DNA of 63,607 nucleotides, the filler included, from Pelomyxa schiedti (lineage: Eukaryota; Protista; Evosea), in assembly GCA_020536535.1 (NCBI GenBank). It is 10 parts of 10 records of this genome, joined end to end, with 100 filler letters (N's around TTAATTAATTAA, not from the genome) between each part and the next. Parts side by side here need not be neighbours in the genome. Positions count along the whole stretch, not along the records: positions 15,680 to 35,465 come from JAHLWZ010000160.1; 9 more parts are not named here. The stretch is one strand, 5' to 3'. Under the pieces are notes generated by a model. That model worked only from the letters and a program-made list of their open reading frames with translations. It was not told the DNA's origin and searched no databases. The position numbers and the translations under genes were made by a program. Positions 22,302 through 35,465 of this stretch are shown here, piece after piece. Every line of letters starts with the position of its first letter. Positions within the stretch are counted from its first letter, which is position 1.

Positions 22302-24014
22302 TTAGTCTTTTTCGGAAGGGGTAAGGGGTGGCGCATTGTTGCCGGTCCTGTTTAATTTCTTTGTCCTTTTTGGTGTTGGCATACACGGCAGTTTTGTTCT
22401 GATGTGTTCTATTGGGTACTCATAAGAAATATATATGAAAAAGAAGTGCGGTTTTCTATAATCAGAATAGAATTGCACACCAACAATCATGTCCAGTGCT
22501 GGGTAGTGCTGTGTTTGCCACTCCCCTTTAGTCAAGTCAACACATACATTGTTCTTGCTGTACTCCCCCCATGGAATGATCACATCTGCCATTCGCTTTT
22601 GTGGTTCAACCCATTCCTCAAAGGCTAGAAGAAAGTTAGCAATAAAGGACAAAAGAAGTGGCACACCGGGTTTGACAAACTTCTCGTATTGGTATAAAAC
22701 ATTGTCAAGTTGCCTGCCTCTTTCCTGAATGTCACGGACAACACGCCGGGCCAGCCTGGTGTCATTATCAGTTTCGACAAATATGGCTAAATCCATCAAC
22801 GATCGCAGGTCAATAGAACCCTTGGAGCAATTTTTCAAACTTACAGCAAAATACTGGAACTTACTTCGTTGTGGAAAGCCAAAATACCTTTGAATTTTTT
22901 TGAGTGGGATAAATACATAATTACTCCTACCTTCAAATAATATAACATCTTGAGCAAATAAGGGGACAGTTTTGTCTGTTCTTCTTGAGTGTGTGACATA
23001 GTCGTAGATTGGAATCTCGGTTTTCTTTTTATGCCTTAACTTTGTCAAGACTTCCCTAGATTAAGAGTGAGTGCATTCGGTATCATTACGGGTGCATAGT
23101 AACCTCATGAGTTCCCAGTCAAAGGCAGCCGGCTCGTCAAAGTTGTGGGCAGCAACATGGTTATGCTGTTCTTCGGTTAGAGTTTTGTAAAAACTGTCTT
23201 GAGCCACAATAGCCACTCTAGTTTGATAGACTTCCAGCATGCTGCATAGCAACAGTCAAAACACGTGAGATATGTTCTCCTTTTTGATAAAACATGCAGG
23301 TACCAAGCATAATATGTTATAACATAAGATATAATAACATATAATAAACAAACACCTTAGAATCTGAGCACACAGCGAAGTCTTTCCCGAAGCCGTTCCA
23401 CCAGCAACTCCAATGATAAAAGCACGGTCCGCATAAGAATGTGGAATATGACCCATAATTGAACCCCCGCCGCCATGCACGTGCACAATAGACGACGCCG
23501 ACGACGGCGTGGGGGTGTGCGGGGGCAGCAAAGGCACCGGCGACAGCAGCGGCGAGTGCCCCGGCGACCGCGGCGGCGCGGCGGCGGCCGGCTGCGACGG
23601 CGGGGGCAGCAGGTCGCCCGGCGGCGGCGTGGTCGAGGGGTCCCTGTTGTGCAGCAGATCCGGGGAGCTCGGGGCCGAGATGGCCACGTGGGTGTGCGCC
23701 TTGTGCTTCCACTCGTCGTCTATGCTGGGCACCGTGAGGCCGTCCCTCGCCGCGGCGGCCGCGATGGCTGCGGCGGCCGCGGCCACCGACGTGGGGATCC
23801 CTTCCGAGGAGGAGGACGAGGACGCGGGGAGGGTGCCGGTGCCGTTGCAGCGGTCGCACACGACGATGGTGGAGCCGATCTGGGGCGCCGGGGTGACCGA
23901 GGGAGTGGGCGGGGGCGGGCTGGGCAGCGGGGGGGACAGCACGCCGTAGAGTCCGCCGCCGCCGCCGCGGGAGCAGCTGCAGTCGCTGGGGGGGAAAAAG
24001 TAAGCCTCGATCAT
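22302..24014 (-). CDS. udk: Uridine-cytidine kinase with low-complexity N-terminal extension (multi-exon)
   Basis: IIGVAGGTASGKT P-loop, QDSFY, NFDEPAAFD, IPIYDYVTHSR, DTRLARRVVRDIQERGR, YEKFVKP, ADVIIP. Confidence 0.93.
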
Positions 24015-24141
24015 GGGTGCTCGAGTTGCGGGGTTGTGTCGCGTGGTTGGTTTAGCGTGTGATTGAGAACGGAATTAAAATGTACTCTTCAATGCCCCAG
24101 AGGCCGTAACGCGGTACCGACGACATTCGCGATGACTATGA

Positions 24142-24170
24142 ATTAGTGATTAGTGATTAGTGATTAGTGA
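24142..24170. repeat. (ATTAGTG)4 tandem repeat between divergent genes
   Basis: Seen directly; lies between the starts at 24014 (-) and 24570 (+). Confidence 0.8.
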
Positions 24171-24569
24171 AAAACGAAAAACTCTTCGTAACTTCCACTT
24201 CCACTGAGCCAGAGCACAAGTTGCTTGGACAAGGTAGTGTTTGGGGTCATTCTTAGCGCACAACATGTTGTGGGGTGCCTGGGTGTTGGAGAAACTGATT
24301 TGAGCCAAGCGGAGATTGGTCGTTCACGAGAAACCTCGTTTTACGGTAAGAACTGACCTTTATTTTCTGTACAGAAATAAAAAAAAAAACCAAAGGTGAA
24401 GGGTCGTGAGACACCGACATACGACACCGAAAACGTATTAAAAAAAAAAAAAAACAAACTCACCTGCATTAATCTTCGACGTGTTGTTTTATTGGGGTGT
24501 TTCCCCAAGAATAATAATAATAATAATAATAATGAATGGGTGGGGTGACATAGCTGATGATACATATAG

Positions 24570-27500
24570 ATGGCTTGGAGCGCAGTTAAAGCGAAACCAC
24601 CCAATGGACTCACGTCGACAATGATAAACCACGGCTGCGTTTACGTAGCCACCAAGTTCTATACGTTTGGGGGTTTGTTGCCTGAAGGCCCGACAACAAA
24701 GATGTTCATGGCAGATCCGAGTGCGTTTTTTCTTTGTTTTATTATTATTACAATTCTCTTGACCCTCAGACCGGGACTGATTTGTAAATTTAAACGTTGA
24801 TATAATAATAACATAACTTTGGCACAGTATAAATGTGCAACTTCTAACGTCTCATGCAGCTGGGCTTGGACAATGGACAAATATCGCTGCATCGGGCATG
24901 ACGCCCTCTGCGAGGCACGGTCACTCCATGGAGAAGCTAGGTCCCGCTAAGGTGTGAAGTTTCATCATAGACTCCCACATTCCTCACATTATTTGGCAGA
25001 TTTTAGTAATTGGTGGGAGTTGTGATATAGATTGTAAGAATATTTCCAACGAAATCTGGCAGATGAATACAGGTTAACTATCTGTTGTTATTTATGTGCC
25101 TCACAACCGCAGGTTTAAAATCTTGGGCAAAACCTCGAGTAGTTGGGGAACAGATTCCTCCCCTCGCCTTTCATCGGTATGGCTTGCTGATCATTTACTC
25201 CAAAAATGTAATTTCTGGCAGGTCGGTCACAGTGGGAACAAACATTTGGATCTTTGGTGGTTTGACACCTGCAGGGCCTGTCAACGATCTGTATTGCATC
25301 AACACAAGTATGACAATAAAGGCAAAGCCATCTCACCCTCGTTTCAGATAAGATGTCTTGTGCTAAGGTCGCTGCTACTGGAGATCTCCCCTCCCCCCGT
25401 GCTCAGCATGCACTTGTTGGGGTCGGTGACAAATTGTTTGTGTTTGGTGGATACAATGGTTCTACTCTTTTCAACGATACTTACATGTTCAACACTGGTG
25501 GGTAGAACCAAAGTTCATTCCTGGTACTAACTATTTAAAGCCACAAGTGTGTGGACAAGATGCGCAGATGGAGGGTCCCCTCCATGCCCACGGGCAAACC
25601 ATGCATGTGACGCGGTAGGAAACGTACTGTATGTCAGTGGTGGGAGGAGTGATACTGGCATCCTTGGTGATTTGTACGGCTATGACACTGGTTCTCTCCT
25701 CATCCTGAAAGCCTTTATTCATTATTGTAGGAACAAACCAGTGGGCATTCTATCCTGAGGGACCTGGCCCTTCGCCAAGAGAAGGCCACGTGCTCGTTAA
25801 CAATGGTTCCGCGGCTCTTGTTTCTATTGGGGGTCCGGAGGCCTGGATTTTATGGCAACTGAGTGTTGGTATGGCGGTTGCCTTTGTTGTTTCTTTCTCA
25901 CCTTTTTTAGCCAAACTGCACCCAGGAACACCACCGCCATCGTCACATGTCTCAGTTCCAACAAGCTCTACATCGACCACTACTTCCACAAGTATGCTCT
26001 AATTGGCTTCATTCGGGCTTAATTTCTACAGGTACTACAACATCAGAAGCTACCAGAAGGATGCAAGCTGAAGCTGCCGCCGCAAAAATCAAAATTGAAG
26101 AAGCTGCGGCCGCCAAAAGAAAAGCTGATGAAGATGCTGCGGCCGCCAAAAGGAAGGCTGATGAAGAGGCTGCAGTTGCGGCCGCCAAAAGAAAAGCAGA
26201 TGAAGACGCTGCAGCAGCCAAAAGAAAAGCGGATGAAGACGCGGCAGCCAAAAGAAAAGCTGACGAAGAAGCAGCTGCAGCTACCAAAAAGAAAGCTGAT
26301 GAAGCTGCCTTGGCCAAAAGAAAGGCAGATGAAGAAGCTGCGGCTGCCAAAAGAAAGGCCGATGAAGAAGCTGCGGCTGCCAAAAGGAAAGCTGATGAAG
26401 ATGCTGCAGCGGCCAAAAGAAAAGCGGATGAAGCAGCTGCGGCTGCCAAAAGGAAAGCCGATGAAGAAGCTGCTGCTGCAGCCAAAAGAAAAGCTGACGA
26501 AGATTCTGCCGCAGCGGCCAAAAGGAAGGCCGATGAAGATACCGCAGCTGCCAAAAAGAAGGCGGACGACGATGCAGCCGCCAAAAGAAAGGCAGATGAA
26601 GACTCTGCTGCCAAAAGGAAAGCCGACGACGAGGCCGCAGCCGCCAAAAGAAAGGCCGATGAGGCCGCAACTGCCGCCAAAAAGAAAGCGGATGAAGAAG
26701 CTGCTGCTGCAAAGAAGAAAGCTGAAGATGACGCAGCTGCTAAGAGAAAAGCTGATGAAGAAGCTGCAACAAAAAGAAAAGCCGAGGAAGAAGCAAGAAG
26801 AAAATCAGAAGAGGATGCTCGTGCTGCTGCGAGAAAAAAAGCAGATGAGGAAGCTGCAGCCAAGAGAAAAGCTGAAGATGATGCACGCAAAAAAGCTTTG
26901 GAGGAAGCTGCAGTCAAAAAGCCTATTTCCATAATGGCTATGAAAATGCCTGGTCAACCCCTTGGGTAAGTATATTTTCAATTACTTTTATGTTAACTCC
27001 CAAAAGACAAAAATCAGCGGAAGACAGAGCAAGAGAAGCAGAAGCCAAAGTTGCTGCTTTAGAACAAGAGTAACTTCAACCGAATTGTTGTATTCTCTCT
27101 AATCTTTCCCAAGATTACGTGAAGCCAGAGAGAAAATTGCACAATTAGAAGAAAGAATAACAGAACTGACATCTGGCAACGTAGCGCCTCAGGTACCTAA
27201 GTTTTTCCTTCCTTGTTTGTACTTACTATGACATAGGATTCATCTGCACCTCCACCTCCACCACCGCCGCCGCCACCTCCAGGCCCAAAGTTGCATAAAG
27301 TCCCAATTACGATTGTTGCTGTCGACACCCCAAGTGAAGATACCTCCGGAGCACCACCTCCACCTCCAGGTAATGGTAGGACTCATTTCGCCTACTAACT
27401 AATTGTAGGTGGTCCACCTCCTCCTCCTCCGCCGCCACCTCCTCCCGGCCCAAAGGCACCAAAACCTGTTGGTGGAACAGATGCGCTTCTTGCATCCATC

Positions 27501-28332
27501 CGTGCTGGGAAAAAACTGAAGCACACAGCTGTATGGAATACAATGATCTTCCGTTTATAACAATTACTTTTTCAGCCAACTGCACCAAAGCCATTGGTAC
27601 CAGGAACTTCAACAAGTCCAGCACCCCCAGGCCCTGATGGCATTCCAGCTGCCCCTCCTCCACCAAGTTGCTTTTCTTTCGATTTCTCTTTATTAACTTT
27701 TCCACAGAAATGAAATCTGGTGGTATCTCGCTTGGCGATCTGTTACAACAGAAAAATAGATTGAAATCATCTTCCTCCAATCTTGCGGTCAAACAACCAT
27801 CGCCATCAGCCGAGCAGCCACCTGCGCAAGTATCTCTCTTTCCATCAATACCTTATTTGACATCACCCTAGGTGTTCCCAAAACTTCGGTCTTCGAACTT
27901 AGGCTCTGAGAAAGAGAAACCTATTCCCGAAGAATCTTCTTCCCCTGCCATTCCTACTACCGTACAAATTCTCAAACTCCACTTATTTTTCTCACTCTGT
28001 TTCAGAAACTCCGCAAAGTGAAGCCCGAAGAGACAGCCAAGCCTGAGCCGGAGAAAAAAGATTCCGATTTCCGTGCAATGCTCAAAGCAAGACCGGAAGA
28101 TGCCCAAACGCCGGAAAAACCAGTTACAATCATTAATATTCACTATCCTACTTTAACGCAGCTCCCTAGGTGGAAAAGAAGGACTCGGATTTCCGCGCTG
28201 TTCTCAAGCCACGGTCTGAAGACCCACAACCCGCAGCACCGGTTTGTAGCTTCTATTTATATTCCCCTCCAACAATTCTAACCAACGTCACCACAGACTC
28301 CCACCAAAGCAACAAACAAAAGCAATCCCTGA
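24570..28332 (+). CDS. Kelch repeats + A/K/R/E single-alpha-helix + polyproline + WH2 + DFRxxL protein (multi-exon)
   Basis: Kelch blades (KFYTFGG, NIWIFGG, PRAQHA...LFVFGG, PRANHA...LYVSGG); AAAKRKADEE repeats at about 26100-26910; polyproline exons; GTDALLASIRAGKKLKHT; DFRAML and DFRAVL. Confidence 0.8.
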
Positions 28333-28490
28333 CAAGCCCCTATCACCTGCCTTTGTTGCCTTTGTTACAAGAGACGCAACAAGGGCTTTTTGTTTCGTAA
28401 CAGTAAAAAAAAAAAACCGACCCATCACTCTTCCTCAAACAAACTCACTTCAGTGAAAACTTGAAGAGAAAAACGAAACGACGCGCAGGC

Positions 28491-29483
28491 ATGCAACAGG
28501 AAAGCAATTATGGGTTCGTCGGCAGTGACTCCATAAAGGTCAGCCAGGGCGGTACGGTTGCCGTGAAGACAGCGTGGCCCAGCCAATACTCGTATGACGT
28601 CACTCCAACTGCAACGCCACTGGCATTTTTTTCTAACTGGGCACTAAGGTACACGAGGAGTGGAGAGTTTTGTGTGACAGGGGGACTGGATTTGTCAGCA
28701 CAACAGCAGGACAATTCAAAGGGAAAAGCCTTTGTGTCAGACACAGAGGCACTGGAAGATACAGAGTGCGTGAGTGATTGTCAGCCACCTCACTGGGACT
28801 GTTGTGAGATAAATAAGTGGAGGCCTGTGGAGCAGTGGGGATCACTGACACTATGTCAGGGGCCAATTGGGGCAATCAGAAGGTATGGAAAGCAATCCTC
28901 CTGAACTATTTTGAGACCTCTGAGAATACTGGGCACTCACATAACCACAAGAAAGTACCAAACTGGCTGGGATGGAGGAGGTGTTCTTCTTGGGGTGATG
29001 GGATTCCCAGTGAGGTTGCCAGCTGCCTGGGATTTCAATGGAATGTACCAAGAAAAGCCAGAGGGATGCTTTTATGCACTTCTGAACACATTCGTGGGTG
29101 ACTTTGAGACCAACCATTTCCCATGTGGTGGGTTCTTTCCCCACATTGAGCAACCAGTTCAGAGGAACAACGCCGAGTTTGTGGTCGAAGTCGTTCCATC
29201 AACAGGAACAGTGGAATTCTTCTGTGGAAACATTTCCGTGAGGCCTGCAATCACTCTCCCCAGGTTGGTTGTGCGTTCATTTCTCTGGGCAACAACACAT
29301 TGATTGTGGTTGCTTTTTTCAGGTGCCCATAAAAATTAACAACCACACAGGGTGGATGAATCTGGGACGGTTCTGCACTGGTATTTTGTTGGTTCCATCT
29401 TCCAACTTGGTGTTGAACTGCGCCTTTTGCCTGTTCCTGATGATTGGGTTCCCTCCAGGTGGGTGTCAAACTCAAACCATTAA
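28491..29483 (+). CDS. Hypothetical protein with SPRY-like beta character, copy A of inverted pair
   Basis: Spliced ORF with exons conserved in copy B (GVLLGVMGFP, EVVPSTGTVEFFCGN, WYFVGSIF). Confidence 0.6.
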
Positions 29484-29735
29484 TTAGTGTACTTTCTGGC
29501 TTTCTCGTTCCCCCAGTTGGCAACAATGACTTGTACCCACGTTTTTGCAAACCACAGCTGCGACCAGTAATTGCTTTTTTTATTGGTGAAAAGCAAAAAA
29601 AAAAAAGGTTTTTTTGCTTCTATCGTCTCCTTGTTTTGTTTGGTTCAAAGACCACATAAAACGTGTTATTTGTGGTGTTTAAATCATAAGTGACAAGGAG
29701 CAATGCCGGGAATACAGAACTGATCATCATAGTTG

Positions 29736-30781
29736 CTAATGGTTTTGCGAAACCCACCTGGAGGGAACCCAATCATCAGGAACAGGCAAAAGGCGCAGTT
29801 CAACACCAAGTTGGAAGATGGAACCAACAAAATACCAGTGCAGAACTGTCCCAGATTCATCCACCCTGTGTGGTTGTTGGTTGTGAGCCGGAAGTAAATG
29901 CATGCAATCAATGTGAACTCGCAGAATTAGCACACAACCAACCTGGGGAGAGTGATTGCAGGCCTCACAGAAACATTTCCACAGAAGAATTCCACTGTTC
30001 CTGTTGATGGAACAACTTCGACCACAAACTCGGCGTTGTTCCTCTGAACTGGTTGCTCGATGTGGGGAAAGAACCCACCACATGGGCAATGGTTGGTCTC
30101 AAAGTCACCCACGAATGTGTTCAGAAGTGCATAAAAGCATCCTGGTGGCTTGGATTCGTAGGATCCATTGAAATCCCAACCATCTGGCAACCTCACTGGG
30201 AATCCCATCACCCCAAGAAGAACACCTCCTCCATCCCAGCCAGTTTGGTACTTTCTTGTGGTTATGTAAGTGGCAGAAAATATATATTTATTTTTTGGTT
30301 TTCAGGAACATTGGCTTTCCGCACCTTCTTATTGCACCCACTGGCCCCTGACACGGTGTCAGTTCTCCCCATTGCTCCATATGCCTATGCTTATTTATCT
30401 CACAACAGTCCCAGTGAGGTGGCCCACAGCCACAACTGCACACACATTGTGTCTGCGCCACTGCCTCTGCATCCCTTCTTTTGGAATTGTCCTGCTGTTG
30501 TGTTGACAAATCCAGTCCCCCTGGCACCTGAAACTCTCCACTCCTGACATACCTTTTTTTTAAACTGTCAGGAACAAATGAAAAACCCATGTGCCAGCCA
30601 CAATAAAGCGTGTTGCAGTTGCCATTACGTCATACGTGTACTGGGGGGAACCCCCGATCTTCAAGGCGATCGTGCCTCCCTGACTCACCTTCATAGAGCC
30701 ACTGCCCACGAACCCATCATCGCTTTCCTGTTGCGTGGTTGTGTCATTGGTGTGCGTGTTACTAAACAACCGTTTCCACAT
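29736..30781 (-). CDS. Hypothetical protein, copy B of inverted pair
   Basis: Reverse-complement paralog of 28491-29483; exons highly similar, introns diverged. Confidence 0.6.
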
Positions 30782-30887
30782 CACGTGGTTTTCGTTTTTT
30801 CGAATTGAATTTTTTTTGTTGCTTGCCCTCCTATGAAAAAAAAGACCTCTTTTTTTGATCGCAAGAAATATGTTGATTTTTCAGGGT

Positions 30888-33800
30888 CTATGTCACACAT
30901 GTAGCACGCTCTTCACCAATTGTGGAGTACTTGCTGCGACCTACTTTCTTGTATATAATGATGGCTACTCCAGCAGCAACTCCAGCGGCCGTGAAAAAAA
31001 GCACAAGAACAATGCCGGCAATTGCACCCCCGGATAGGGAATCATCTAGAATCCACGTAATCGCCGTCTCACTTCCGGAAGCAAAGTCAATAGAGAGGTC
31101 CTGTATGACCAACCCTGATAGGTCACATTCCACACCTTTAGTGTACTTGTTTCCGTTCACCTAAGGCCGGGGTTAGTTATTTCCGGAGAGGATATTCTCA
31201 TTATATTGAACCTTTACAGTGTCAGGACAATCGGGGAGCCCCAGGATTGTCACAGATACGATTTTATTACTGGGTGTGTACCCAATTGGGCTGCACGATA
31301 TGAATAGGGTGTCACTCTGGGCTGTGAACGTTGCGAGTGTGTATTTGTTCTGGGAATAGCTGTCCAATGAAAGGTGGTCATCAAGGAAAAGTTCGCCTTG
31401 CGCATTCTGATTTTTATCAAGAGCAACAATCAGTTCAATATCTTGAAGGTAAGGGTGAGAAAAGAGGCCAGAGAGAGGCTGGTAAACCTTTCAACTCCGT
31501 TTCCTCTGTTGTGTAACCTGAATCAACGTGACGCGGAATGATGTAGCCACCCCTACTCACAGTTAGAATTTAATTGATCACATTGGGAAAGAGGAACCTT
31601 AAGAATACTGGAATAACGTCGAGCGGTGCAGAATAAACCTGGACACCAACAGGCCTTAGGGTCCCTGCCCAGTAGTCGTACCTTTTGCAAATTAATAAAG
31701 GCAAGCCGGCAGTATGACAAATACCACAGAGAAGCACTTGGTAGGTAGCAGGAGACGGTTTCGGTACCTGCAGTCAGTACAGGACATACATTCAGAGCAG
31801 GCCCCACTAGAAACTGCTCATCAATACTGTGCGAAACACTATCACCAGGAAATTCAAAGAACAGAGGCCTCCACACAGTTTCACCTGGTTGACGTAAGAA
31901 ATTACAAGCCGGCAAGGAGAGATACCATCAAGGTGCGCTCGGACAAATAAAGTGTATAAGTAAGGCAGAAGCCGGTACCTAGCATGTAGCGAACTTTGGC
32001 TGATTGCTGTTGTTGTTGTGTCGAAACTGCGTTTTGTTTGTTTAGTTGTACCTTAAAAAAGGTGTTTGTTGTGGAAACCTATAAAGTTCTTGGTCTCTTG
32101 TGCCAAGCTCGTTGTGATTTCGTGCAAAAGGATAGAATGACCCAAGTTCAATCCATCTTGAACACAATTCGGCCGTTGCGTCACCTTGGAATCCACATAT
32201 ATCCGCGCCAACAAATTCCATTCCGGATAATGACAGACTATGCAAGTCACGGAAAAGGAAATAGTGAACGATTTTCACTTACCTCAGCAATGACTTAACA
32301 GAAGATGTCATGCTGGCAAAGGAACTGTCGTTTGTGTTAATAAATGTGAGGTACTTCAGAGAGAAACCTGTTATTATCCCCAGTCCATGCAGCAGCATAC
32401 ATAGAGCTTCCCAGGAAAGTACTCCTACTCAATACAAACGCACGTTCCCCAGTTAATTGCTCCAAAGCTGTTCTGGTGATTTGAGACTCAAGATACCTCC
32501 ACAGATTTAGTTGAACAGTCTGTGGAACGCAAATCAAACCCATAGATGTTATGCAGATTGTAGTGTATATCGAGGTCCATGTGGGCGGCCAGTGAAAAAG
32601 TTTCAGAGTACATGGGCTCTACACCTTCTGGTATCCCTGGCAAATTTCGTCTGTATTTCCGAAGGGATACTTTTACTTACAAGGGGGATTATTCCATTGA
32701 TCTGTGGGTGGCGATTCTGGGGGACATACCGCATCACAGAAATTAGTTGGTTCATTTTCATCAATCTAGGATATTTATTTTTCTTGGTTATGAAATATTT
32801 GCTTACCCATAGTCCGTCAAAAACGGTGTAGGACTGGAAGAAACTTTGAATATTATCTTTCCAATATGATGTTGCATTTTCTGATGACCAATCGATGAAA
32901 CAACATTCCCCAGGCATATTTTCTCCAATGAGAGGAGCAGTCCCGTTATCGTTCAGCACCAGTACTGACCAAGAAAGTCCAGACTCATAAGGGTAGTAGT
33001 CTGCTTTTGGCGCCACACAAGGATCTAGAATGATTACATAGTGCTGGTTGTTGCTATGCAAATCTGTCACGAAACTTGAAACAGAGGCAGCTGGGTAATT
33101 GACTGGATCGTTTCTATTATTGAAGTGGGTGCCATAAAATTGGGGCAGCAAGGCAACGTGAAGTCCATGTAATTGTTCATGTAGTCTACATCATTCCATA
33201 TAACTTCAAGAGGAATTTCCTGGTTTTCGTTGGTGACGGCGAGGGAGAAAACCTTACATTATCTCTGTAATTTTGCACCACAGTGGAAATCTCTTACACA
33301 TTTTATTACCAAGTAAAGTAAGACCACATAGAGTGTTACCTGTGATCGAAGAGTAACCCCATTTACTTTGGTGAAACCCGAGAGCCCAATAAGGTAGTAG
33401 GTGCCTGTAAGTGGTAAGCACTCTCCAGAAAAAATAAGGCTCGCATACTGGGTTCCGACTATCTTCCCGAGCTGCTTAACAACCTCAGATGGAGTAGGGC
33501 CCATGAGGACGGTAATATCTAATATTCCTCCACCGGTGGTGTATTGCATGTAGTCTTGCATCACAGTGAACATTTGTGCATTGCTATTGAGAAGTGCTAA
33601 TCCATAAGTTGTTCCATTTTCATTCACACTCATCAAGAAGGGATGACTCCCATAAGTAGTAGTTCGAGGTTCTGTTTGTGTTTGTGTTTGTGTTTGTGTT
33701 TGTGTTTGTGTTTGTGTTTGTGTATATATGTGTGCGTCGGTGTTGGGGCCAATTGTTTCGCCGGAATATTGTATTTTATAAGAAGGGGGTGAACTAATGT

Positions 33801-35032
33801 GAGACTCAAGGGTTCCCTACGTATACAAGATAAGCGAGNNNNNNNNNNNNNNNNNNNNNNNNNNNNNNNNNNNNNNNNNNNNNNNNNNNNNNNNNNNNNN
33901 NNNNNNNNNNNNNNNNNNNNNNNNNNNNNNNNNNNNNNACAATCTAGATTGCAAATCTCAATAAGCAATATGCAATAATGATAGCAATAACAATCGCAAA
34001 TTACTGCGGGCAATACTTAGCTATTGTATAGATTGAGGGGAGGAATGCAAATCTTTGTGTGTTTTGTTTTTAGATTGTGTTTTTGTTGTCGGTGTCTTGT
34101 TGCTTGTTGTTTTACTTTTATTTCTTGTTTCCCACTGTTTCCTCCTTCTGTTTGTCTAATAATATCATTATATCCAGTATTCACAGTGGCACTTACATTG
34201 GTGCCTGATTCCAGAGGGTGTAGTTTTTCCCGCGAGTAATAAGGACATTGTCAAACCTCTCAGGGAGTCCTTTTCAATTTACTGTTCACCAAAATTGCCA
34301 TGCCTTTAACGAACATACCATACAAAGAGGCAGAAGGATCGAGAGTTGTCGATATTGACAAATACTGGTCGCTATAGGACAGAATAGGCATTCCCTCATC
34401 GCTACTGCAAAACACGATCTCATCAGAGTCTTGCCGGCGGACAGTGAAACCAAACGGAGAGGATACCCACGTCACACTATATGTCTGGCCAGAATTTTTT
34501 TTGAGTCAGTAGGAGGAAGGAATGGCTGCACCCCAGCCAATCTCACCATATTAGCAGGCTTCGCCACGCACTCGCTTATCTTGTATACGTAGGGAACCCT
34601 TGAGTCTCACATTAGTTCACCCCCTTCTTATAAAATACAATATTCCGGCGAAACAATTGGCCCCAACACCGACGCACACATATATACACAACACAACACA
34701 ACACAACACAACACAACACAACACAACACAACACAACACACACGCAACTGGTAACGCGACTTGGAACTGTCAACCATCTTGACCCTCAGGATGTCGTCAC
34801 TGAGGTAGTAGAATTCCACGTCGACACCAGCCACCTCGGCGGCGGCACCCCCCCTCGCCCCCGCGCCCGCGCCCGCGCCCGCCCCGTCGTCGTGATACTC
34901 GAGAGACAGGACGAACCCGCATGGGGTGTCCACCGTCACCCCGTCCCACGACCACGACCCGGACGCCACTGTGACAAAGTGGAGCACCAGAACCACTACT
35001 ACTGCCACGAGAGGGAGAACAGTCACCATCAT
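30888..35032 (-). CDS. Glycoside hydrolase family 31 alpha-glucosidase with signal peptide and C-terminal TM helix (multi-exon, local misassembly)
   Basis: WNDVDYM, VIILDP, FDGLWIDENEPTNF, RSTFLGS...WTGDN, VGADICGF, WIELGSFYPFARNHN, RPLFFEFP; TM GAIAGIVLVLFFTAAGVAAGVAIIIYKK. Confidence 0.93.
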
Positions 35033-35319
35033 CACTGGGTTCTTCACGCCGGTTGACGGGGCTGTGTGTCAGTAATTTCAAGTGGCTGTGCGACGATAAC
35101 GAAAAGTACAGCGTTCCGGTCTGTTGATTATTTTACTTCAGCCAAATCAGTGAAAATCGCCTCGAACGGAAATAAAAGCATCAGGTGATGCAATTGGGGC
35201 CAAGTTGGGTGACTTGCGCTAATTGTTTTGGCGCGAAACAAAAGGAGGAAACAGTGGGAAACAAGAAATAAAAGTAAAACAACAAGCAACAAGACACCGA
35301 CAACAAAAACACAATATAA

Positions 35320-35465
<146 letters not shown>

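Noticed and set aside
18145-24014. Radical SAM + tail collar + uridine kinase as a bacterial contaminant, prophage or nucleoside biosynthetic cluster
   Set aside because: Introns are present, orientations are mixed, a PH-C1 gene intervenes, and no other phage or pathway genes are seen.
33670-33938. Duplicated GH31 intron segment and HKHKHK ORF
   Set aside because: Inverted copy of about 34573-34690 beside a microsatellite and a gap; likely misassembly, and the ORF is a translated microsatellite.
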